Part shown: positions 37,682 to 47,775 of the stretch, piece after piece
Numbering within the stretch: position 1 is the first letter of the stretch
Layout of the letters: each line of letters begins with the position of its first letter
Assembly: GCA_003344405.1 (NCBI GenBank)
Contig: NOWV01000227.1
Location: 62,001-109,775 of the forward strand
DNA: 47,775 bases
Reading direction: 5' to 3'
Origin: Trichoplax sp. H2
Taxonomy: Eukaryota
The notes under the pieces: model-generated
The model's input: only the letters and a program-made list of their open reading frames with translations
What the model was told of the DNA's origin: nothing
The model's database searches: none
Translations under genes and position numbers: made by a program

Positions 37682-40600
37682 TTATTCCATGTCTGGCATG
37701 ACACCTTTATTGTCATCTTTTCGTTTGCTAGGTTCGTAAACAGGACCACACTTTTCCATGTATTGTCGAATAAAATTTTTTATTCGATGCTTTACAGAAT
37801 CAGTTACTCTTAGACTTTCACTGGGTTTTAAACGTTTAGTTTCCTTGTCCAGGACACCATACGATAACTAAAAATGATAGTTTTGTTTGCATGATTTACA
37901 GGGTCTAGAAGTCTTGCAATAAAGTTAATTTATTGAACTTTATGATAATTAGAATAATTTACCTTGCGAGCTAAGGCTTTAAAGTCCTCCTTAGAAGTAA
38001 TATGGCCGGTCTTACAGTCTGGCTTGCGGTACGGATTAAGATGTTCAATGATTGTTGGAGTAATCTACACAAAAGATGTATTACGTTAAGCGCTTTCGTT
38101 ATAGTCTTACTGTTGTAGTGTGAAAAATTGAGGGCCAAAACTACTTTTTCATTGATAGCCTTACAGTCGAATTTATAATACCTTCTGTCTAAATTCTTCC
38201 TTAACTTTCTTATCAATTATTCTATCTTTGGTGTTTACTTTTACTTCTGGGTTCGATGTAAGCTCTTTTGTGCTTACTCTTGGAGATAACGGTTGAATAC
38301 CATCCTTAAGAATCAAATACGTTAAGTTGTATAATTACTGGACATAAGTTTTGCAAATAGCATAAGCTTACGAATATTCCTACCTTTACTACAGAATGAT
38401 CTTCTACTTCGGTGCTGGCGGTGATGGAATCGTTTGTACTCGAAATTTTTTTAATTTTATCTGTAACATCTGTAACGGTCGGCTGTTGCCATTGTGAAAC
38501 TCTGCACAGTACGGGGTTGTTCAATTGATATTAGAGGAAATATTAGAAAAATGTTAAACTTGCACCATATACTAATGCAAGAATATTATTTTTATAAAGA
38601 TATCTGACCTGGTATGTATGTTATAATAATATATTCTTCCTTGTTGATCGATGGCGGCGCGCCAATCTGGTGGCAGAGGTGGAACATCTTTCAATGACTT
38701 CTGCTCGACATTTGAAGAATCTTGTGGCGGATCAGAAGCTGGCATTTCCTGCCTTTGTTGCTCTTGTACTTGATTCACAGCAGGTAAACGCGGAATAGGT
38801 TGTTGTTGCGCATGAAACATACGCAACTGATTGTATATAGCCATTTGTTGTTGTTGTTGTTGTTGATAGTACATCATTTGATTCTGTTGCCACTGTGCTG
38901 CATAGGCCGTAGGATATTGATTGTAAACGGTTGTCGGCTGAATAGTAGGCGGGTTTACGTGATTTGACGCTGTAACCGACGAATTCTGATTATCAGTTTC
39001 TTTCATTTCAGAATCGTTATTTATCGTAGAAGACTTTGGTGAAGGGGTATACTTATTGGACTTTTCATCACGTCTTTCGTTCCTATCATGACCTGATTTT
39101 CTCTCGTGATCGTCTTTACGATCTCGTTTATCTTCAAAACTTCTTGTTGGACTATCACGACTGCCACTTCTACGCTTTCGCTTTTCTGAATGAAGTCTGT
39201 CCCGGTCTCTATTAGAACGATGATCACGTCTATAGGAACTTGACCGAGGCGATGAATTACGGTAGCTCCTTCGGCGATAAGAATGTTCATGGTGGTGATT
39301 ATGGTGTGAATAGCGATGTCTAGGTGGGGAAGAATCTCGTTTGTCCCTACTTTCTCTTTCACTAGATCCATTACGTTCAGAATTTTTTTCCACTGGATCA
39401 CTCTCGGAATTTGTACCACTAATAATAGTTTCGATCTTTTGTTGGACACTTTTCGAGCTTTCTGGAGTACTAACTTCTTCAACGGTGACTTTCTTCGGGA
39501 TGCGATATACTTCCTTTAAAGTGCTCCAAGATGAAAGAAGATCATTTGCTACCGTGGTAATTTCACTAGCATCATCCTTGGTGATAGCTGCATCGATATG
39601 TTCATCCGATGACGCTATATTTTCGCTCATTTTTTCAGTATCATCTTCAATGTCCATTTTTACTTCAGTGATTGTATCGGCTACAGAATCGTTTACTTGG
39701 CAAGGCATGTCTTCACTAGCACTACATAAGCTAGGAGAAGCACTTTCTTTTCCAAGGCTTATACTTGAATCTTCTTGGATATCGTTATTCTCGTCAGTAA
39801 CAGTTTTCTGGTCCGAGTTTCTAGTAAGGTATTAAGTTAAATTTAATTTTAGAGTTTTACTAAAATATCGCATAAATACGTAAAAGCGAAAACTAACTGA
39901 TTAGGTAATTCCTCCAAAGCAACAGTTTTCTCAGTCATCCCATTAACGGTAATATTTTCTTCCACAGGCGTACTTTGAGCCCACTTTTTTACTACGTGCA
40001 TTATTTTGCTATCTTCTAGCATATTGCGCGATGTAATAGGAAGCAACTTTAAAGTATGCAAAATCTAAATGTTTGAAAATCATGGAGAATGTTAATAAGG
40101 TTGAGCTAATAATTTTGACGCAAAAATATCGACGTTAACGTTAGATTTTATCACGAACTTCTGATCGTAACTCTATGTCACTTTCATCGCTGTCTACCAT
40201 CCAGCTCCAAAGCAAGGATAAACCATGGTACTTTACAAAATGCTTTAAATATACAGAACTTGCACTATCCTAGATGAGAAATGATCGGTAAGTATATTAT
40301 AAAGTCCGATTTATTTCACTCCATAATATAATGATGTTAAATGTGAGGATACTACCTGAAGGACATTAAGCAATCTCAATCGATGCTCCGTAGTTTCAGC
40401 TCGAATCATCAATCGACACAGTTTCAACGTAGAATCTACATCTTCCAAGCCTCTTTCATTTTCTGTTAAGGATTGAACTTCTTCTTCGAATTCCTATTGA
40501 GAAAAAATATCAGATTTAAACTAAATGAACTATAGGGCAGTTAAAAGTAGCAATATCTTAGAATTCTAACAGATAGTTCATCGCCATCTGATTCCGCAGC

Positions 40601-42550
40601 TGAGCCTTCATCTTTCTGGCGCGAATCTATACATTAATAATAATAAAACGTGAAATTAATATAATTAATTATGGACTATGGCACACGATGATAATAATCA
40701 CACACCATTCTTTGGTGCACCTAGGTAACCACGGCATTTTTCAGAGCCGCAATAACATTCTTGAACTTCTCTCCTACGTAGAGTTCAATTTAGTCAGGGC
40801 ATATTTTAATAAATGTAATTTTTCATATAAATTCAAACTAACCCGTATCGTTCGAACTGATAATCAAATGTTAGTTCAGTATTAGCTGGAATCTTTCGCA
40901 AAGTAAAGAAGCCAATTCTCAACATGCCATTTACCGTCCACTAAATAGAACGTATATTAGTTATATAATCTCTTATAGGAGTACATCATCAATATAATAC
41001 AGTTTAACAACATTAAAATTTTGATTATGTTGTATAATACCTTCTGCGTAACACAGTTAGGATCACAACTATGGTTAATAAATCTAGAGAAAGTGCCTTT
41101 ACGTGATGCATCAATAATCTGGTGGTAGCCAAAAAAACATAATCTTAGATTTATAAAAGACGACCTATAGCTATCATTAAGAGCATTATTGATCATACCT
41201 CATTTGGGCTTAGTGTCATGAAGTAGTAATGTTTAATTTTCTTCTTTGCGTAGTCGCGTTTTCTTCGTTCAAATTCTCTCAGATCGATAACTTCCCCGCA
41301 ATATTCCAGTACGAATTGATTGCTATTACAAATTTTATTAACAAGTTTTTTGGTCAATGTTTTTCTAGTTTTTCTAATATTTCCAAATGGTTATCAAGAA
41401 TACAGTGGTAAACATAGAACTTACTCTTCTAAATCTTCAAGAGTCCTTAATCCAAATCCCTTCTTCTCTGTCTTGAATACTTCAACTTTTGGGTACTCGG
41501 CCTGAAAGAAAGTTTATTATAACTGTAACTTTTACTATTCCTCAGCTACGATGGGATAAAGCATGCTCTATTTTGCTGCATGATTCAGATATACAAACCA
41601 TTTGAAATCTACGATTGGTACAAAATTTCCCACAGGAACATTTAGAGCCGCTGTAATCATAATATACAGCATTTTAGATAGTTTTAACTAATTACAACAA
41701 TAAATTTTTGCATAGGGTGGCAGATTTTTAAGTAGAATGTATTTAGATTCAAAGAGTAACTCTATTTTTAGGGAAACATACCATTCAATAAATAACATAC
41801 GGTTCAAGCAGTTTTCTCCGCAACCAATAAAGTTTGGATCATCTATCAAAAGCGAATAAGGTACTTATTTCAGCGTGATTTAAAAATGATTATAAGCGAA
41901 CTTTGATAAATGTAATAACGAAATTACACTTCTAACGGTGACGCCGGTTTATCAGACTCTATTTGAACGTTTAATACAATCATAACAATATTCTAGAAAA
42001 ATTATTTCAAGTGAGACTAACCTTCATCGTAGGTACATTCGCATGTCATATTTTTTATACGTTTATCCTTTGATTTTCTATTATACACGTAAAAGAGAGA
42101 GACAATATTGGAAGTAATCAATCAGTTAACTTTCGGTACCAAGCAGATGGAACTAAAATTTGTGCTATGGTAACACTTTTTGATGGTCGAAAGTCGCTTA
42201 TAATGCTGTCCTTCTAAACTCGTAAATGTACGTTCATACGGGGCGTTATTACAGTAATAAAACGTTAACAGAATTTCATGTCATAGTATCTTACCTTCCA
42301 CTCAGGTAAGTATTGATATCCATCTGGTTAAATGCTGACAGCGGGTCGTCTGCGTTGCTGGTTGCCGATTTATCATCATTGTCTTCCGTCGTCTATAAGC
42401 GGAATGAATTGCAGATGAATTAAAGAAATACTTCAATAGGCTCATTGGTTAATACGGTCTCATAAAAGTACAATAAATGAAAAGCATGAATTAATGTAGT
42501 CTCTAACCTTATTCAGAGTAGTCGCCTTATCATTTCCGGAATCGTCATTA
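37682..42550 (-). CDS. SETD2: Histone H3K36 methyltransferase SETD2/Set2 (AWS-SET-postSET, WW, SRI); first coding exon lies upstream of 42550 and is uncertain
   Basis: FNQMDINTYLSGR|KSKDKRIKNMTCEC..GCGENCLNRMLFIEC..CSCGKFCTNRRFQ|..KGFGLRTLEDL..FVLEYCGEVID..HYYFMTL|IIDASRKGTFSRFINHSCDPNCVTQK|WTVNGMLRIGFF..ELTFDYQFERY|..CYCGSEKCRGYLG. Also LLSSWSTLKEVYRIPKK, the WW domain LPPDWRAAIDQQGRIYYYNIHTR|VSQWQQP, and the SRI domain RITSKEDFKALARK|LSYGVLDKE..VKHRIKNFIRQYM. Stop TAA at 37684-37682. Confidence 0.95.
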
Positions 42551-45500
42551 CTACATAGTTATAGATTGATAGAGTACATAATTACACGGTGTACTTGCAT
42601 ATCATATCATAACAAAATCAAATGATAGAAATCATCATGCAACATTATTAACCAAGAAGAAAAAGCGCTATTGAGTAAAAATATGATCAATAGATCAGAT
42701 AAGCCGATCGTAAGCAAAATTATTGCCGGTTGAAAAGCTATGCTGATGCTGTGCTAATTGGATAGTAACTTGCAATGAAAATTATCAGTAACTTATTGAT
42801 TATGAAGTATTTGTGATATGTGGATGGTCAATTACAAAGATTGACCAATAATCCATGTGATATTTTAATGGAATAAAATTGACTACAAGGCATATGCTAC
42901 ATCTTTACAAGCTGTATGAGTAGAGACTTTAATAAGAAAGTACGCCATTAGAGTATTTATTGTGTAAGCTGCGTTATCCACTTATGAGAATTTTTATAAA
43001 ACTATAAAGGTGTTGAGCCACCATTTCCATGGCAGTAGAAAAAGCGCTAAGCCCGACATCAATATAAACCCTAACTCCAGGAATGACTCGATTTTAGTCT
43101 AATCACTAATTCAATCAATCCTCCCCAACATGACTATTTCAGCAAATAGCGCGCTTAAGAGGATAAAGTATGATGTGTTCTTGTAACAATTCTCACTAAT
43201 ACTGTATAATTAACACGCTATCACTATTTGGATTAATTCTACGTCCTAAATATTTAGTAAGCAATGCTAGCGATCGTTTGCCGATAGAGTCAAAATCCTA
43301 AAATAGTTTAACCATAGTTTAACTGACAAACTGACGGAAGGAATGACAAGCAAAGTGTTGGACATACGCACTGTATCAACCATCGTTTTTAGCTAGAATG
43401 GCCATCAAATGTATTCTGGTTCGATCTAGAAAGGAGATTCTTGCGCTTTCTTCTTATAAAATATTGTAAATGTATGCGCATCAATGTTTGATGTTGCTTA
43501 TTAATAAGCGAAAGATTAACCCCAAAATAGGGTAATGTACATTAATATACGATAGCGTGAAGCGCATGATGAACTTAGTATTCAAGAGCCAAGTGTTTTA
43601 TACCTTGGCCGAGCATTTGAACTTAATAATAGATGCATCCATCAGTCCAAAATGATGATTTTGCTCGGATGATTAATCGACTGCATATGAGTAGGTGATT
43701 AAAATTGCTATCATTTTACTCTACTATAAACTAGCAATGTCCTATCGTATTTTATAGCATCTTCATTGCAGATCTTTAAAAAGTATCAAGTATTATAAGC
43801 ATTCCTGATTAATGCATTCAAAATAAACGCTACATGTTGTTTGTATTAGCGTCAACGTCAGTGGCGCAGCGTTATTAAAGTCGACGATTTGGTTACTATT
43901 GTAAAAATGATAGTACAAGTCATCAAGCTTGTTACAGATGTTTGATTCTAGCATAGTAACCTTGCATGTCTTCCAAATGGATATTTAGCACATGAAAATC
44001 AATTTATTAGTTAGGTGTTTTGCTAAGGGCTGGCCAGTTGGAGCTCTTTACGTAGCAGGAGTAGTTCACGGTTATTTACTTTATCCTCAATTAAAATACA
44101 ATCCATCCCATGTGGATGGATCTCCAACAAACACATACTACGGTATAGGGAGAGAAAGGTTTACACGAATCGATTGCATAGTTTTGCTATGGAATTGACG
44201 GAAGCTCCTACTCTATTTTATTAACAATTAGTGGACAACCATAACGGATTTAGGCGGCATTTTTACGGATGTTTAGTGCACGTTGGTGTAGATGCTTGTT
44301 AATCAATGTTTGTTACCGGGAGAGTCATAGCTAGTAGAAATATTCATCGATTGGGATCGATGATGTTGTAATGGATTAACGGAGTAATGTGTTCATTTAT
44401 GACAATATCATGGAATGGACGCCTTTCTGGTGAGCTACAGTATTGAAATGGTTTGAAGCTTTTTGCCACAGCGCATTTTTGATCTGTGTATATCGGAGTG
44501 AGTGCTGATTGAATGCCGCAATCCACAATGATTGACGATAAAATATTGCTGACGGTATCGATCTTTTGTCGAGGAGCATTTGCAAAGTGGAATAGTGGCA
44601 CAGGTTTTACTCTACCTTGGGGCTAACACGATGTCTAGTAGAATAGGTTAAGCGCTTAATGGACATAAAAGGATGGAAAATTTGCGATCCATGCTTACCT
44701 ATCCTACATTGTCTACTGTCTATTACCAGCAACATTATTGACTATGCTTGAAGTCTTTTTTATTTGTACGTGCATGATTGAATTGATTCATCATATACTT
44801 CATACTTGTTTGGTCATTTCTTTTGAGTTTTCAATTGATATTTTTAAAGTGTGTTGATGATTTTGCAAGAAAACTAGACTGTTGAACAATTTAAAGTTAG
44901 TATTTTGATTGTCAGTGGAAAGGACTTGACTGGTTTTCTTGACAAATTAGGCCAAGATCGTGATAGATAGACTAGGGTAAGTCCGGACAACAAGGGGTCA
45001 TTTTGAAGAATACATGGGAAAGAAAGTAACCTGTAGCCATTGGTCAACACCATGTTGACAAGGCGATTGCGATTGAGAGAACAGTGGTCAAAAATAGATG
45101 ATCTATGTACAGGAAGAGGCGGCTGTTGAAATGAAGATGATGATGTTGACTTGGCAATGATCAAAGTGATTGATCAAGTACATGGTCGTCAACAAGTCTT
45201 CATTTTTGTCAAGAGAGATTTGTATCAATAATAAACATAGGCAGAATGTACTTTAGTAGTGGATTGGATCGAGACTTGTAAGCATGATGTCCACAAAGAA
45301 ACTCTTTGGGCATAGGAGAAGACAAGTGTTTTTTTTTTTTTAGTAAGCCATTTGTAAGATTGCAATAGAAGAACAACATGATGGATGATGATAACGACAG
45401 CAAATAATTTAGATGAAAAATGGCAAAGTTTAAATGTTGTGACCACTGACCGAGTTGGTGAGGCTGTCTTGTGAGTGTGTTTTTTCTCCCTTGATTTCAT

Positions 45501-46028
45501 TTTATTGATTGTTGGCAATGGCTTGCTGCCTTCTCGACAATTCAATAAGCTGCTGTGGATGGATTCAAATTTATGCGTGTGTGCGTAATACCATGGGCTC
45601 AGTCGAGCAGAATCATACTATGTTGTCTCCAAGAATGGTCAAGAGAGTTGAACGTTGACAGGCTAGCGTCGCCAGTAATATCAAGGCGTCAAGATTTCAA
45701 GCTTGCCGTGGATAGTCCCAACGAAGCAGGATGGACTTTTGCTAATTGCAGCCAATTTCCAAGTAAATCCTTGCCTTTGACAAAATGCTCCAACTTATTC
45801 TTTCACCAGTTGAAATTCAACCAACCACTATGGTAGACACACACACACATGGAAAGTAGCTGCTACTGCTACTGCTACTACGACTGATGATACTATGAAA
45901 TGACCAATCAATGGGTGGCAAGCAAGATGTACTCGATCTATCCTCTATGCAATCAAGCCAATGGTCAAGATTGGATTAGCAAGAAAGGAAGAATTGAAAT
46001 AGTGCAAAATAGCGACAGCAATTTTTAC

Positions 46029-46300
46029 CTGTACAATTGGAGGTAGTCAAGTGGAAAAGCGCAGAGTAGACGAAAGCTTGTACAGGCGCAGTCTCGACAC
46101 GGAAGGGCAAACTGCTGTTGGAGATTGAGTGCTTGCCGTTGGACCTTTGCTTTTTGACTGCGTTGAGCAAGTTGGTCGACTTTTCTTTCCTTTCTACTTA
46201 CGAATGCTAGTTGACGCTGGCCCGTATGAGTAGCAAGGTCTTGCTTGACTTTCTGCAGGAAGAGAGTGCGTCGGCGCAAGCGATCAAGCTGCACAGACCG
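46029..46300 (-). other. Candidate AUG-free first exon of SETD2
   Basis: GC-richer segment abutting a GTAC array, as at the 5' ends of GORASP and EIF1. It ends in donor TACAG|gtaaaa, with an alternative donor TTC|gtaagt near 46201. No ATG on the - strand. Confidence 0.4.
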
Positions 46301-46304
46301 CTGA

Positions 46305-46765
46305 TACTGTACTGGCCGTGACAGTGTACAGTGTCCAGTCCAGTGTTTGCTTACAGTATGTAGTACTCTACACTACAGTCCAACTTCCAGGAGTCCACAG
46401 TACAGTAGTCTCTGCTGTTCAATTGACTACAGTACAGTACTGTACAGTATGTACGTACAATGTACAGTACTGTACTGTACTGTACTTTGTCGTTGGACTT
46501 GAACTTCTCTACAGTGTACTGTACTGTACAGTACGTACAATGTACTGTACACTGTACCGTACTCTACTGTACTGTTGGACCTGAACTTCTCTACAGTGTA
46601 CTGTACTGTACTGTTGGACTTGAACTTCTCTACTGTACAGTACAGTGTACTGTACAGTACTGTACACTGCACACTGTACCGTACCGTATTGTACTGTACA
46701 CACAGTACCTTTGGACTTCAAATTGTCTACAGTGTACAGTACAGCATTGGACAGTACTGTATATT
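46305..46765. repeat. GTAC[A/T] pentamer array with an embedded 21-bp repeat GTTGGACTTGAACTTCTCTAC
   Basis: 21-mer at 46492-46512, 46574-46594 (1 mismatch) and 46613-46633, degenerate at 46711-46730, separated by pentamer runs. Weaker runs extend to about 47155. Confidence 0.9.
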
Positions 46766-47394
46766 CCGTGGTAGCAATGCGCCAATAGCAGACTATGCCA
46801 TGACCCCTTGACGCTGCAGTACTGTATGCGCTTGTAGCAATGTGCTAGGCAGGAAGAACCATTGCCCTTGACAGGCCATACCAACAGTTTTAGTCAATAG
46901 GCCAATGGATTACCCTACGCAAACGATGCTACGGTACTGATTTTACTGAGATATCAACTCTTTAGTACCTACTGTACAGTACAGTCTACTCTATAGTCAG
47001 TCAACTACCAACAATTGTAGCTCATGGAATTTAGAACTTGCAAAGATGGCTGGAAAGAGAATACTATTGCCTGCCATGGATGAATGAATCCATTTTTCTT
47101 CCCTATTGGCCACAGTACTGTACAGTACAGTACTATGACTTCCAACCCTACAGTACTTGAGGCACAAGTCCTGTCCCGCTTCAGGTAGGACAGCGTCGTA
47201 TCTGTCTGTCTGTCTAATCTCGTCACTCGTCAGCAGCATGTGTTACGGCATGACAGACAGGCAGATGCCGCTCCACTACCAATGAATGATGTCATTGGCG
47301 CTGTCAAAACACAATACAATAACAATGAGTATGAGGAGACAGAGGTCAAGCCGTGCTCAGCCAAAGGCCATTCTGCTGCGATAGCCAAATGCGG

Positions 47395-47637
47395 CTAGTT
47401 GTCCATTTCTTCACATGGTCTTTGCCAAGATCGTAGAGAAGAAGTTGCTTTCGCTTTCTCAACCTTTGCTAAGTGATACAGGTAATGAGAAATGCCAATC
47501 CGATTGTACTGACTTACTGTCCAGTCAACATGATTTCTCCATTGGTCATCCGAGGATGAGGCACATGTGGACATCCATGACAAAATGATCATGGAGGAGA
47601 CGAATAGGACAAGTTGGACGACTACCTTGACCAACAT
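47395..47637 (-). CDS. Candidate small ORF with signal-peptide-like N-terminus, unverified
   Basis: MLVKVVVQLVLFVSSMIILSWMSTCASS-SDDQW..; ATG start, hydrophobic core, small residues at a plausible cleavage site. No recognised homology. Confidence 0.2.
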   Translation of the reverse strand: MLVKVVVQLVLFVSSMIILSWMSTCASSSDDQWRNHVDWTVSQYNRIGISHYLYHLAKVEKAKATSSLRSWQRPCEEMDN

Positions 47638-47775
47638 GGGTAAATGAGTTCGTTAACTATTCTCATTCATGATGGTCAAGGCAGTCATGGATGATGATGA
47701 TTGGAAAGCTATTTTGCTTTCGACAGGTGATATTGGTCAATCATGCAGATTGACATCACTTTCTCCCACCTATGG

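Noticed and set aside
39316..39835. Long antisense and alternate-frame ORFs over SETD2, and over GORASP at 12241-12910
   Set aside because: These are shadows of long low-complexity coding exons with no independent support.
44344..45164. ORFs 44344-44601 and 44874-45164 as SETD2 coding exons or a separate gene
   Set aside because: I found no recognisable homology and could not build a phase-consistent spliced model.
46492..46730. CRISPR-like repeat-spacer pattern
   Set aside because: The spacers are low-complexity pentamer runs of unequal length, there are no cas genes, and the context is eukaryotic.

Overview
AT-rich, intron-dense animal genomic DNA. The compact layout and short GT-AG introns fit a placozoan such as Trichoplax, but the taxon is my inference. 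I reconstructed seven spliced genes by hand: INVS (-, runs off the left edge), CWC25 (+), GORASP/GRASP55-65 (-), a C7orf57-like gene (+), BBS9 (+), EIF1/SUI1 (-) and SETD2 (-, 5' end uncertain). Most six-frame ORFs are exon fragments or repeat artefacts. The non-coding signals are the most interesting. (1) There appear to be two promoter classes: the three cilia-associated genes each have an RFX X-box, while GORASP, EIF1 and probably SETD2 (weakly CWC25) lie next to arrays of the self-complementary pentamer GTAC[A/T]. (2) EIF1 has the expected poor-context AUG, plus a candidate poison cassette exon in its 1.7-kb first intron; an extension of that exon resembles the eIF1 N-terminus and offers an in-frame UUG. 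(3) SETD2 has a short N-terminus and an AUG-less candidate first exon that is in frame. No tRNA, rRNA, CRISPR array or autonomous transposon was recognised. All homology calls are from remembered sequences, not database searches.
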